Assembly: GCF_009914755.1 (NCBI RefSeq)
Contig: NC_060934.1
Length of the DNA stretch: 64,000 nucleotides
Direction: 5' to 3' (one strand)
Source of the DNA: the human T2T-CHM13v2.0 reference genome, Homo sapiens
The position numbers and the translations under genes are program-made. Each line of letters starts with the position of its first letter. The first letter of the stretch is position 1. Shown here in pieces: positions 1 to 19,100 of the stretch. A model generated the notes under the pieces. The model searched no databases. It worked only from the letters and a program-made list of their open reading frames with translations, and was not told the DNA's origin.

Positions 1-299
1 ACCTAGTGTCTTACAGTGGAAACGCATGTATTCCGTTGGAAACAGGAAGACAGGAAGTAGAGGCAGTGGATAAAGACAACCCTTTGAAGAATTTTTTTCT
101 TTCTTTTTCTAATGGGAGCAGTGCACAAGTGCAGGGACTTGAGATGGGAGTACTGGCAGCGGAGCGGTGGGAGCGGTAGGGAAGCTCAGTACGTGAGGGG
201 TGCAGCGGCAGAGAGTTGATCAGTGTGGTGTTGGAGCGTGTGCTTCCGTATTTTCAAGGAAATAAAAGAAATGAGGTTATGAGGCCTTCCCTTCCACTA

Positions 300-1762
300 G
301 TCCTTTGGGACCGTTCTTGTCAAGGACCCTGGTGATGCCCATACTGCTAGACTCCCGGTCAGTTCACCATTCTCCTCCTCCTCCATTTGACAGTTCGTGA
401 TTCCCTCCTCTTTTCTGAAATGCTTTCTTCACTTGCTGGTGACCATTCTCTTTTCCCTTCTGCCTCACCGCCACTTCTTCTCAGCCTTATTTGCCTCTTG
501 CCTCTTTATCTTCTGGACTTCAAGGTCCAGTGCACAGTAGATGGACTGCCTTTTTCTCTGTTTGCAGCCGCTCCCCAGGGGACCTCATGCAGCCCGGTGA
601 TTCTGAATGCCGTGGATCTGCCGAGGATTCCCAGATGCGTATTTCTCCTCCGTACTTCCCCACAGGACAGCAGGCTTGAATAGCTGATTGCCTATGCAGG
701 ACAACAGGCTTGAATAGCTGACTGCCTATGCATTCTCTTTGCTTGCCAGTTTTTTGGACATCAAACTTGACAGATCCAAGATTATTACTTTGATCTTCCC
801 CACACCCCTCCCACCCCCGAGTCTACTATGGTCCCATCATAGTATTCTGAAAATCAGTGAATGGCCACTCTACCAGTTATTTCTACCAGTTTTTAGGTTC
901 TAAACCTCAGGCATTCTGGACTCTTCTGTTCATTATCATATTTTGAAGGCATTATCTTCAAAATCTATCTAGACTCTGACCCTTTCTCCCATCTCCACCA
1001 TTACTGCCGTGGCTCTTCTGCTGGTCGGCTCTCTCCTGGTGGATCGTAATAACCTGCAGTCAGCTATCCTGGTCCAGAGGGAGCCCGTTAAACCCTGTGG
1101 AATCTTATCACGCTTCTGCTCAGAACGAGCCAGTGTCTTTCTGTCTCACTCAGAGTGTAAGCTACAGTCCTTATTGTGGCCATCAGGTGCTGTGTGTTCT
1201 CCAGCCCCCTCCCCACCACCGCAGTCCTGCCGGTGATCTTAGCTGCTCTCCCCTCGGCACCCCCTGCGGCCCCCTCTGCCGCAGCACTCGTGGCCTGCTG
1301 TTCCTTGAACATGCTTGGTGTTTTCTCTCCTCAAAGGCTTCTTTCTGTTTACCTGAAATGTACTTTCCTAGGGAATCTATCTGGCTCACTCGCTTACTTT
1401 TTCCACATCTTTGCTTAAGTATTGCCTTATTGGAGAGGCACCCTACCATAAACTAGAATCCCTTGCCCCAGCTGCTCTTTGTCCTCCGTATTGGGCTTTG
1501 TTTTTGTTCTTACCAGTTAGAACCACTTGACACACGATACATGTGTTTGTTACCCTTTTCTACCACTAGAACAGACGCTCCATGGTGGTATAGACTTATT
1601 TCCGCAAACCACCCCCCCCCCCAACTTTTTTTACACAATGGTTAAATAACACACATATTTTTAATGCAATGCCTGATATCACAAAGCCTAAAATAACAAT
1701 GTTTGGCACATTATAGCTGTTTAGTAAAAGGTTATTAAATGAATTGACTATATGAATGAATG
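300..1762 (+). mobile_element. Degenerate LINE-2 (L2) remnant in the last STAM intron
   Basis: Pyrimidine-rich L2-like text (tccctcctcttttctgaaatgctttcttcacttg) ending in an L2-type tail (ggcacat...gaatgaatg at ~1705-1762); boundaries approximate. Confidence 0.6.
665..732 (+). repeat. 34-bp tandem duplication (2 copies)
   Basis: ggacagcaggcttgaatagctgattgcctatgca (665-698) followed by ggacaacaggcttgaatagctgactgcctatgca (699-732), 2 mismatches. Confidence 0.9.
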
Positions 1763-1844
1763 CTTAGTAAATAGCTTTTCCATTTATCTGTAGTTGCTCT
1801 ATAAATCAGTATTGATGTAATTGAGTGTTTTTCTTCCTCCACAG

Positions 1845-2082
1845 TACAATGGTCAGTTCCGTTCAAGGAAACACATATCCCAGCCAGGCGCCAGTATATA
1901 GTCCTCCTCCTGCCGCTACTGCTGCTGCTGCAACTGCCGATGTCACTCTGTACCAGAATGCAGGACCTAATATGCCCCAGGTGCCAAACTATAACTTAAC
2001 ATCATCAACTCTGCCTCAGCCCGGAGGCAGCCAACAGCCACCTCAGCCACAGCAACCATATTCTCAGAAGGCTCTGCTATAG
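1845..2082 (+). CDS. STAM: Signal transducing adaptor molecule 1 (ESCRT-0), last coding exon
   Basis: Acceptor ttttcttcctccacag|T at 1844/1845; translates TMVSSVQGNTYPSQAPVYSPPPAATAAAATADVTLYQNAGPNMPQVPNYNLTSSTLPQPGGSQQPPQPQQPYSQKALL-TAG, the recognisable STAM1 P/Q-rich C terminus; the adjacent TMEM236 fits the known gene order. Confidence 0.95.
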
Positions 2083-4185
2083 GACCCGGTGTTCCTCTTG
2101 GTGGCAGATACCTGCTAAATGCCACTGACAATGTTATGAGATTCATTACTATCTTAAGATGTGTTTATCCTCAGCTTATAGGAATCTCTCCAGGTCAACA
2201 GGTTCAAATATTCAAGAAGGTAGAACTCTCCTCAATTTACACTGACTTTTTAGAGGTTCTTCCCCCCCCCCGCCCCTGCAGAGGAATGAAACTACTTACA
2301 ACATTTAATTCCTTTCATAATATGAAAGAATTGATACAAGGCTATTTGTCTCGTAAACCTGGTCTGCAGAAAGTCAAACTTACAAAAACTGTTGTGACAA
2401 ATGTTATGTACATATATTGATATGTAACTGCATTAGTGGCCATTTTGAATCACAGTGGTGATCGTGTGAATATATTTAACACTGTGTTAAATTAATTTAC
2501 GTTGCTATTTTATTTTAATCATAAACAACTACCATGTTTCTTAATGTTTTGTGTAAATTTAAGGTAATTATACTATCCTTTTAAACTTCAAGAAAACAAA
2601 ATTGTTAGCGTATTTACATGAAGGCGCATTATGTTGTCGTGTGTTTCAGTTTCACATTAAACTGAACCTTTTACTAATTGTGAGCTAAAGAGATATATAT
2701 ATATATGTGTGTGTATATATATATATCTACATGTCTTTCTGTAGCCTCTGCATACTACTGGCTGTCATCACACCAGCGTACAGTAGCTAAATTTTTGGTG
2801 CAATTATTAGCAAATGATAATGTTCCCTTTTGAACTTTTACATTTTGGCATGACATTTCAGAGTATTGTGGGACCATGAGACAAAATTAAGTACGATCAC
2901 ATTCTTTATTTCTCATTTTAAAGAAATGATGTTGGTTTACCTTTTCCTAGTTGAAGATAGTAATTAGGTTTCTAAGCTGTATACTGTGTTTATTGGTGGC
3001 AGTGACACCAAAGATAGAGGCAATGGATAGAAATTTTTAAACTGGAAAGAAAACCTGAATTACACTACATTTTCGAAGTCTCTTGTAATTATTTGGGATA
3101 TCAACAAAATTTGATTCGTCTGTCTAATCCCTTGCTAGTATTTTAAATATGTCTTTAACACATTGTATCCTTTAATTCTTCATTAAAATGGAAATAAGTA
3201 GATGTTTCAAAGTAATCTACATTCCTGGCTTTGCTTAACGTTTATATAGGTATTGTTTTCTTTCAAACTGGATTTTTGGGTTGCTCTTTCTGGCCTTTTA
3301 AAATTCTAATGGAATTATTTTGGCTTCTTACTTGGGAATATTTTCAAATGAATGCTTTTCTTTTAATTCATGCGAAAAATGTTTTCCACTGACATTGTAA
3401 TCTTAAATATTTACGATTTCCCTGGTTGGGCTATACTATTATTTTAGCACTATTTAAACAACGGAAAAGTTGAGTCGAACATCATATTTAATGAATTGAT
3501 GTAACAGGTTTCATACTATAAATGAAAATTTCATTTTTATTTTCTAAGACTGTTGTAATCAGGTAGCTTGTTTATTTTCTTTTTGAGAGAAGATTAAATC
3601 TTTAGCCAGTAATCTTAAGGGTGACTAATTTCACAGACTCAGATTTAAAGCACCGTAGTTTTAAATCTGAGCCTGTGAAATTAGTCACCTGTAAGATTAC
3701 TTAAGGGTAACTTAAGTGTTTCGCTCAAGTGTTGTGTTCTGATTTCCTGTGTTTAAAATATGTTGCCCTGCCCTGAAGTCAAATTTCACATTTTAAATAC
3801 TATAAGTTAGTTTTTGATAAATATCCGTCAGATTATAATCTTTTCCACTCCAGTTTGAGTATTATGGTTTAACTGATATACTTTTCTGCAATTTTTCTTT
3901 GTCTTTTGATAAATTCCTGTTTACCAATGTTAAATGTATCATTTTCCCATTTTAATTTTGATATCTTTCATGCTGAAAATCAATGACATAGTCTCTACTA
4001 TGATTTTTGCCCTATAAAAGTCAAGTAACAGTGAATAGAAAAAACTACCCTTATTACAACCCATATACATTTTTCTTTACCTTTTACATTACTAGCCTTA
4101 TAAAGGTTTAAATGATGAGTACTTTAAAACTGTTACTGTGTTAGTTTATGCCTTCCCATTATTAAAAATGAAAATACCAGGGGGA
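2083..4185 (+). other. STAM: STAM 3'UTR (AU-rich; end approximate)
   Basis: Interspersed-repeat-free AU-rich sequence after the stop codon; ATTAAA hexamers at ~2656, 3182 and 4161 are candidate polyadenylation signals. Confidence 0.7.
2692..2726. repeat. (TA)n(TG)n(TA)n compound microsatellite in STAM 3'UTR
   Basis: atatatatatatatatgtgtgtgtatatatatatat. Confidence 0.9.
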
Positions 4186-4339
4186 AAAAATCCAATGAAA
4201 GTGAAGCACTGGCTTGTCTTTCAAATGACATGACGAGGGTAGAAATAGGAGGGGGCCAGTTAGGATCATGAATGACTTTAAGTTCTGAAACCTGCAGGTC
4301 TTGCACTTTCAAGAAATCTTTCATTAATAGCTGTCCTTA

Positions 4340-4665
<326 letters not shown>

Positions 4666-5139
4666 AACTGTAATGTAAACTGCTGTGAAGCAAATTCTAT
4701 TTCTCTTTTTTTAAAAAATAAAATTTGAGATTGGTTTTCCGTAAAATAGTGACACGTAAATGGAAAAAATCTAATCCAGTTACGAACTAGCATATATAGC
4801 CAACAGGCCCATGGCCTGTGATGTTATACCAGTGCCCTGAACCTGTAAGAGGATTTCTAATGCATACCTAATGTGACTTTACAGCCTCTTCTAACTCCGT
4901 CTTTCTCCTTCACTGTTACCTATCTTCCCTATGCAGCGAGGGAACTTTTTATGTGCCTAAGATTCCTTTTTTCATGTACTTCTGGTGCTTTGTTTCTATA
5001 CCTCACAGTTTTTGTATTTAAAATGCTTAATAGACCAGTGTCTTTTTTCTCTGATACATACAGCTTTCCTATGCGATATGTATAATTCAGTTTGAAGACA
5101 TCTTTTTTCCAAAGCTTCAAGTTGATGTGAGACAAATTA

Positions 5140-8158
<3,019 letters not shown>

Positions 8159-8221
8159 TATGATGTTAGCTGGTTATTTTGCTCGTTAGTTGATGCAGTT
8201 TCTTCCTAGCCTCGATGGTCT

Positions 8222-9239
8222 TTACATTTTGGCATGATTTTGCAGCGGCTGGTACCGGTTGTTCCTTTCCATGTTTAGCGCTTCCTTCAGGAGCTCTTTT
8301 AGGGCAGGCCTGGTGGTGACAAAATCTCCCAGCATTTGCTTGTCTGTACAGTATTTTATTTCTCCTTCACTTATGAAGCTTAGTTTGGCTGGATATGAAA
8401 TTCTGGGTTGAAAATTCTTTTCTTTAAGAATGTTGAATATTGGCCCCCACTCTCTTCTGGCTTGTAGAGTTTCTGCTGAGAGAGCTGCTGTTAGTCTGAT
8501 GGGCTTCCCCTTTGTGGGTAACCCGACCTTTGTCTCTGGCTGCCCTTAACCTTTTTTCCTTCATTTCAACTCTGGTGAATCTGACAATTATGTGTCTTGG
8601 AGTTGCTCTTCTCGAGGAGTATCTTTGTGGCGTTCTCTGTATTTCCTGAATCTGAATGTTGGCCTGCCTTGCTAGATTGGGGAAGTTCTCCTGGATAATA
8701 TCCTGCAGAGTGTTTTCCAACTTGGTTCCATTCTCCCCGTCACTTTCAGGTACACCAATCAGACGTAGATTTGGTCTTTTCACATAGTCCCATATTTCTT
8801 GGAGGCTTTGTTCATTTCTTTTTATTCTTTTTTCTCTAAACTTCCCTTCTCACTTCATTTCATTCATTTCATCTTCCATCACTGATACCCTTTCTTCCAG
8901 TTGATCGCATCGGCTCCTGAGGCTTCTGCATTCTTCATGTAGTTCTCGAGCCTTGGCTTTCAGCTCCATCAGCTCCTTTAAGCACTCCTCTGTATTGGTT
9001 ATTCTAGTTATACATTCATCTGAATTTTTTTCATAGTTTTTAACTTCTTTGCCTTTGGTTTGAATTTCCTCCTGTAGCTCGGAGTAGTTTGATCGTCTGA
9101 AGCCTTCTTCTCTCACCTCGTCAAAGTCATTCTCTATCCAGCTTTGTTCCGTTGCTGGTGAGGAACTGCGTTCCTTTGGAGGAGGAGAGGTGCTCTGCTT
9201 TTTAGAGTTTCCAGTTTTTCTGCTCTGTTTTTTCGCCAT
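8222..9239 (-). pseudogene. L1 ORF1p, disrupted
   Basis: MAKKQSRKTGNSK... from 9239; premature TGA at 8850 (consensus CGA); +1 frameshift near 8505; native end ...NHAKM-TAA at 8222. Confidence 0.92.
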
Positions 9240-11118
<1,879 letters not shown>

Positions 11119-11322
11119 ACAATGAGAACACATGGACACAGGAAGGGGAACATCACACTCTGGGGACTGTTGTGGGGTGGGGGGAGGGGGGAGGGATAGC
11201 ATTAGGAGATATACCTAATGCTAAATGACGAGTTAATGGGTGCAGCACACCAGCATGGCACATGTATACATATGTAACTAACCTGCACATTGTGCAGAAG
11301 TACCCTAAAACTTAAAGTATAA
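11119..11322 (+). other. L1 3'UTR with G-rich (G-quadruplex-prone) tract and vestigial poly(A)
   Basis: ggggtggggggaggggggaggg at ~11174-11195; ends cttaaagtataa directly into the TSD. Confidence 0.9.
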
Positions 11323-12549
11323 AAAAATTATGGAAATTATTTTCCAAAATGAAATTTATTGGTATAATTGCTCAAATTTTCATCTGTTTAATATACAGTG
11401 AAGTCATCATTTTCTTTTCTCATCTATTTTCTTGGTTTACTTTCCAGTTCTAATAATTATAGCTTGCCTTCTGTTACATCATTTTAAAAATATTTAATAA
11501 CAAAGCTATGGTTTATAAAGTTTTCACTTGTATCGTTTTCCTTTTTATTTCTTTTTTTGGATTAACTACTTGTACGCCTTAGAATAAAATATATAGAAGA
11601 AACTTACCTAAATATTTCTCAAAGGCCTTATGTTCAATTATCTTTTATTTTAGCATCATGATTCCATTAAGTGTTCTTATCAATTACCTAGATTGTTTTC
11701 TGTATTCTTTATACTGACATGCCCACCACACGCCCACGTTTTTAAGCAAAGCTGCCTTCATTGTATTATCTGTATTCTTCCTTAGAATGGTCTTCTTTCG
11801 AAATTACTTAGTACTTGATAGTATCTTTTTCTGAAAATTTCCAGGCTTCAAAAATGCTCTTCCCTATGACGTTCTAGAACACTTTAAATCTCAGTATTTC
11901 AGTATTTAAAACTCTAGATTTCCTTGATGAACAAAATTGAACATTTTATTGGTGCTAACTTGTGGCCAAACTACACTTTGCCAATTCTCTGATTCCCTGG
12001 CATCTGCTAACACTTACCACTGTCATTACTGTCTTTTTGCTGCTGCTGTTACACCTAGAATTTCTGATAATAAATTATTAAGAGTCAGTAAACCCCTGGA
12101 TAAAAGCAAAAGGGACTGATTTTAATGGTCTTTTGGTGGTCAGAGACTTAGCAAAAGTCATGTCTGTTTTATAGAAGAGTAGTATCCAAATTTTTTGATT
12201 AGATACCCTGATGAGTAACAAATTTTTTGAGTGTGTAGCCTTAAAAATATGTATATATATTTATTCACAAATTTTACAAGTTCTACTATATAAAAGCATA
12301 TTGTACATTATGAAACACACCAAAAAATAGAAATCTTAAAAGGGTGAGATAAAAAGTTATTAATAGAAATTTAAGTATTTTCTTTCTATATCTTAGTGGT
12401 TTGTTTTCTCTGTGCCCTAGGATGTATGAACCTGATTTGGAGACCACTTTGTTGAGAGGCTAAGATTAAACAGGCAGGGGATGTAGAATGTTACTAAGTT
12501 GGTCCCTTGAAGTAAGTATCTGTTACTTTAAGTGGTACTTTCTCAAAAA

Positions 12550-13110
12550 ATTGTTGGGAAATTTTCATACTTACAGAAAGATTGGAAGAGTGATAACACT
12601 GAACATCTAATTACTATTCATCTAGATTTGCTAATCATTAAAAATTTGCCACGTTTGTTTTATCTCGTGTATGTTTATATATGCACGTGTGTGTGTGTAT
12701 ACATATATATATATAGGAGTGTTCTTATGTATATACACACATACTTTATTGTGTGAACTGACACATTATAAACATTGTAAACCATATTTCTAAGTTCTTC
12801 ATCTTACGTCTTGTAAGGATTTGGACAGTTTCCCACATAACCTAAACCATTTTCACATCTAAGAAAATTAACAGTAATTCTGTAATATATTGTTATTGAA
12901 TGTCCCTCAAACTGTCTTTTATAGATATGTATATATTTTAAATCCAGGATCCATTCCAGGAATATATACCCACACTTCTAATGTCCTTTGATTCTCTACT
13001 AATCTGGGTTAATCTTGTCATCTCCCCCTGATGCTCCACGACATTGACTTTTTAAACACCCCTGCCAGTTGTATCGTAGAATTTCTTACGTTCTGGATTT
13101 CTGACTTGAT
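12550..13110 (-). mobile_element. Old L1M (L1MC/ME-like) fragment
   Basis: L1M 3'-like phrases (ttttcatacttacagaaag, cacatctaagaaaattaacagtaattct, aatccaggatcca). Confidence 0.45.
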
Positions 13111-16100
13111 GCTCTATTCTCTTTGCCTCTACTGTAGTACTTATTCCTAAAAGAATTACAGTCAGAACCAGATGAGTTCTGGTTAGAGGTAATCAGATTA
13201 GATTTTTCAGGCTTGCATCGGAAGCTGCACACATAAAGGAACGTTGTTAACCCTAACATGTAGCTGCTCTGTGATAGCCTGTATCCTCAAGCCATTGATG
13301 CTGCCGTAGCTCAGTACACTTTTATGTTCTTCATCTTGAATTGCATTCAGAGAAGCTGCAGAAAATTTGTGCCCTTTCCCCATTCAAACCCTACTCAGCT
13401 TTTCTCCATTTATTCAATACCCACCTTATTCACTCTGGATGGCTTTTAGGTAACTCTAGAAATGTAACCAGCAAATAGAGTTCTATGTTTTTAGATGCAA
13501 ACATTTTGGCACGTTTGTTTTGAAAGACTTCTCATGACCCTAGTCATAACCTTCTGTTAAAATAGGGAAATCACTGAAGGGGAGGGAAAGCCCTTTCTTT
13601 TTAAAAGTTATCATTGTTACTTATTTTCCTCAAGTTGGTAACTAAATTGGAAGCAGACTGAATAAAATATATAAACACAGTCAATTTTGAAACACATGCA
13701 CATTACAGTAACATATGCCGTCAGCTTATTAAAGAACTAGTTTGGGACTTGTTTCAGTTGGTTAATGGCATTTAAAAAGTAGAATAAATGTTTGTAATCA
13801 GTTGTTTCTATGGCAGGATACATCAAGTTTCTTAACTGCAGGGTGATCACATTATCTTGTTACTTTAGAAAAAGATATGCTGTATAAACAGTTAAGAATG
13901 TTTTCGGTTAATTATAGGTGATATTGTCTGTTAGCCAGGTAAGATGCAAAATAGGAAAATTTACGTGAGACATCCATGTATGGTTATTTTTCTCTGCACC
14001 AAAAATGGAAAAAAAATCTGTTTACTGTTTCAGAATTTGTTTCTATTTCTCCAGAGAAAAGAAGGGTTTGATATAAGTATCTTTGATATTCTGTAATTTA
14101 AAAACATAATACCCTGTAAAGGAGTGGCTGAAAATGACTGAAGAAGTTGTAATCAGGAATACAGGTAAATTCACTTAGAGGAACCATTATAACAAGTTCA
14201 TTTCTATAAAAGGTGGATGGCTCATGAAAAAATGGTTTCATTAATTTGTATTGTAAATGTATCATACTTTTGTGAGTACGTGGATTTCTTTTAAAGAAAG
14301 GGGTGGATAGTGGTGATGGTATTTGGGGTTGAAGATAAGAATAAGAACTAAATTAAGTTGTAGGAATTTACTTGTCCATTCTGCTATTAAGTGGAAATTT
14401 CAGCTCATGGCTCTAGGAATTCAGAGAACTAGACTTTAATCCAGGTATATCTTTTGTCAAAAGAATATCTTGGTAGATATGTGATTTGGGGCAGCTCCAT
14501 GTATCTTTCTGGGTCGTCTACTTATTTATGCATTGTAAGGCTAATGTAACATGATCTTTTGTAGCTAGTATAAATTTTCTGTTTCATATCATCTACCTCT
14601 GCCTACCTTAACTATCCCTGCCATTCAGCCTGAATAGTTCACCTATGTCACTGAATGGACCTGGGTACCATGGTACTGAAACTTGGGTGCATGATTTCTA
14701 GCATGTAGTTATAGCAGTGTACTTTCTGAACGTAACCTGGGGGTACTTTATCTCCATTCATATCTGGTGAGCCTTTTGTTCTGAGTGATTTTACCAGGAA
14801 CATCTGCATTCCAAGTAGAAGCGCTTCAGCCATAGTACTTTAACTTTCATTGGTGTTGATTTGAAAAAAGAAAAATAAATAGTTGCAACTCTGGGACAGA
14901 TACTGTATTTGTATACTGCTTCAAACTAAAGGAGGTAAGTAGCATCAGACTACATGAAATTTTATTCTTGATGTTCTTGTATGCAAAGTGGCATCTTGGT
15001 CTTGGTGAACTGAAAATGTTAATGTCACCAGTATACTACACTTGCCGTTCTTTAGCTGTTGTATTGCTGAGATGCTAGAGTACTATGGAAACTAGTAGTT
15101 TCCATCTTTTGTGCTGGCTAAAATTGTCTACCAAGTAAGGTGCAAAACCAGCAGTGATTTTTTTTTTTTTTGCATCACAAATATTTGGCCTAGAAAAATG
15201 CCATTATATACTGCTTAGTTACAAGTTATTAATATAAATAAGTATTAAAGTAGACATTAAATTCAAGGAAGGTTGTTTTTTTTTTTTTAAATCGGCTTTT
15301 TTCTTGTGTTGTCAGTTAAATTTATCTATTATTTTATATAGTTTTATAAAACAATTCCACAAATAAAGAATACTTGTTTTTAGTTTTCCTATTTGCACTT
15401 TAGAAGATTAGATACCATGCTGGCATCTAAAAAGCTTTCCTTAAAGTTTATATTATTTAATGGAATCTGATGAAGAAGTTGGGGCTTACTTCAAGTACTA
15501 AGTAAACTGGATAAGGCTTTTATACTTGTTGAGGGGGAAAGACAAACTTTTCCGGTTGTTTATCAGATTTGTGTGTTGTCTCCCTTTGTAAACAGGTACC
15601 TTTTAAAATCTTTTTTGCTATTTTTTGCTAATGTTTTGTGAGAATGGTCACAGAAAGGAATATTGGTCGGGCTCTACCAAAAAACAAGAAAAAAAGAATT
15701 CTTATAGTAAATACCAATTCTGTGATTATACAATTAATGCCTTTTTCTTTATTTTAAAAACAGCCACTTAGATTCTAATAGATTTTAGTGAAGTATTTTA
15801 ATATCAAAACATCAGAACAGTCTCATTTCATTCAGCTGGTTGCTGAATGTTAATTTACATGGGGTGTAGGGGCAGACAGTCAAGTGGATTCTCTTCAGGT
15901 TAAGTTAAATAAGCATTCGATGTGGAAAGACCTAGTGGCTAGAATAGAATTACATTAGGCTACGAGTTAAATTACCGTGCTTTTGCTTCCTTCATTAAGA
16001 TAAGTAGTAGAGTATTTCTACTTTTCTTCGTGCCTCTCTTGTATTTGAAAAAGAATAATTTTCTTAAGGTTTTTAGCATGATGGAAGCAAATTACATTTT

Positions 16101-19100
16101 TATTTTAACTTTTCACCAACATTTGTAGATATTTAACTGTGCTGAGTTGTATATTTTAAAGGCAAGAAAAAGCCTTCAGATTTTTATTTGTCAGAGCATA
16201 TTTGTTGAAACATGATTTTGTTTATGCTTGCAGTGGGGAAAATTTAAAATTGAATAAGTGCCTGGTTTATGCTAAATGTTTGTTTTATGTACGTAGTAAT
16301 TTAAAATGGTCTCGGGATTTTCTTCAAAGTTTAAACGAAGATAGTGGTATTAAAAGCTAAAGGAGCGGTGTTTAGGTAATATGTCTTAGTAGTTTTGTCG
16401 CAAGGAAATATTTTGAGATTAAAACTTTGAAGTGCTAGTGCTTGTTTTTGACCAAGTGGTAAACATCACTAAATTAAAACTGAGTAGCATGATCTGAATT
16501 ACTGTTTAATGTCTTTTGAAAATGACATTTCTAAATATTCATGGCTTATTAATCAAATGCTGTTTATAATTCATTTGTTTCTCGATGTTTATTCCAAGAG
16601 CTGTCATTTGAGAAATGTAAAATGCTATACAGAATGCTTAAAATAAGAGAATTCTGAACATTAGGGGTGGTTTCCAGCAGATACCTCTTGGATGTTGGAC
16701 TTGAATTGCTATAATTTTGATGAAATGATGCTCACAATAGAATGCAGTGAACCCTGCTGTTAATGCACAGTTGCCTTCTAAAAACCAGAATGCTCGGCAA
16801 AATTGTACAATAAAGAGGCCTTAGGATATATGGGGAAAACTGGGTTAGAGGCTCAGCAACCCAAAACTTCAACAGTGACATACCCAAGAATAAAGATAAG
16901 AATCTAATAAGAGCAGCACAGTTTGACACATGTTAAATGGTTAATAAATATGGCACTTTACCTTGGAAAAGACCTGAAGTGTGCCTGTAGAAGTGGGCAT
17001 AGGAAGGGTTGCAGCTCATGAATTAAGGTGAAGCTGTGGAAGGAGAGTCAGCTGGAATCAGAGGGTGAGTTCTAATCCCAGGACTGGGTAAGTGTGACTC
17101 AGTACTTGCAGTGAACGGAGGCTGCTCACTCGTGTTCTGTGTGTTCCGATGCTGGGTGTGGTTTTCCACATTTCACCTAGCGTTGCTCCTGGATGAGACC
17201 ATGCGTAAGCAAATTGTGAAATTTGCGTTCTGCTCATATTCCTTGTAGTTCTGCTCATATTCATTATTAATTTCCTGGAACAAGTTTGTGTTTTCCAAAC
17301 AAATGTGATATCAATATTGACTTTAAAAGACACTTTGTGGTGGAGAATGAGTGGCTATTTACCATTTATTTCTACCCAGAAAAATACTCTTTGTACTTCT
17401 AAATGAATAAGAATTGTGGACAACCTCTAAGGTACAAAACTCTTTCTTCCCCCTTACCAGATCAGAAATGATCCCCACTGAACATGTAAACACATTTAGA
17501 TTCAAATAATTATTTTATGTGTTTTGCTTAAAATGCTTAAAATCTGTGGGAAATTAAATGCCCTGTAAACCCGGTAAGAAAACACAAAACACATAAAGCC
17601 TGTGAGAAATTATATGCCCTACAATCCTGCCTCTCCCAAAAAAACAGGGAAAGAAAAGAAAATTAAGGATAAACATCACTTTTTGAGATAAGTGGTCACA
17701 GCCATTATGTCCTTAATTTATTTTTGTTTATTAACTGTTGATGGTTTGGTCTTCATTTGCTTAAGTGTTTACACTATTTTTAAGATACACTAACTGCCTT
17801 CTTAAGTTTTACATTTCATAGCACTAAATATGTCAGGCATTTATTTAAATATTTAAGTACCTTTAGAAATCAGAAAACTTGAATCCAGGACTTTTTACAA
17901 GTTCATTTTGATATCAACATGTAAACTTACTGAAAAATGAACAATAAGGAAACAGCAATGAGCCCACTCTAGTGTTAAAATTTAATTGTTACACTATGTT
18001 AGAAGATCTTTTGCACAAGTCTTCCCTCATTTACGTGTTCCACAAGCTCATTTGTAACATAGTAAGTTCTAGGAAACATTTTAGAACAATGCTGAATTTG
18101 GTGACTGGGATGCCGGGCTGGGGTCCAAACCCCATTTAATCTATGATATAACCAGAATGTAGCGTAGTGTTACTGGTATGTCTGGCTCATACCCCGTGAG
18201 TGCTTTGTAGGAAGGCACACCAAGTCCAAGGGAGACTGCCAGGGGCACATCTCCTGGTAGCCATCCGTGGGTTCTGAGGCTCCTCCACCTCCCCAGAAGC
18301 GGTGGGGCTTCTCATCGCTACCCTCAGAATACCTCGTCTAGGCCAGTATGCTGTCATCCTTTTTTGGGAGTCCCAGAGATAAATCTACCTGCCTTCTTTC
18401 CACTTTGACAGCTTTACCTGATCCATGGAAAGACTAAAGACAATTTCTCAGCTCCTCCTGTTCTCTCCCTGAAGCAACTCTTTGTGGTTTTCCAGTGGAT
18501 TGAAGGCTGAACTGTAACGGATAGAGGCCCTAGGCAGGCTGATTTGATACCTGTTTATCATGATAATCCTTAAATTTGTTTTTTTTTTTTTTTTTTCTGA
18601 GAGGCTACACCTTGTATATCCACCTGAGGAATCCGAAGCCCAACACCCATCCTTAGAGGCAGCTGAGCAACCAGTTATTGGAGCAGGGCCCTTGGCGGGG
18701 AGGGGGACAGGGGAAAGGAAGGTGGTCATTTTCCTCGCCTCTAAATGCCTCATTAAACAATCTTTTCATTGTAATGCTCTCCCAGGGTTTCAAAGTCAAC
18801 GTTCATTTCATTATGATTTCCATTTCCTTATGATTCCATCAGTTTTATGGCATGTTTTATCTTAATTCTGCTGTAGGAAGCACCAAGGTAAACTAGGTAA
18901 ACGTTTGCCCTGTCTTGCTTTTCATTCTTAACTGGGGGAAGATGCAAATATAGAAAAGAATGAGTATAACTAATCAGGAAAATATATTCTGTTTTCTTCT
19001 GGACATTTATGAGTTGGGAAAGATCCTGATGAGAAAAGAGATCTTCTGCTTTCCTGCTTCCCTGTCAAACTGTCCCTTGAGTGAAATAGGAAGCAAGGAT

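Noticed and set aside
387-1645. Several overlapping 60-119 aa ORFs
   Set aside because: They lie in a decayed L2 inside a STAM intron, with no recognisable protein or splice-consistent exon structure
17227-17262. gttctgctcatattc repeated twice
   Set aside because: Small slippage duplication with only two units; not a CRISPR-like array
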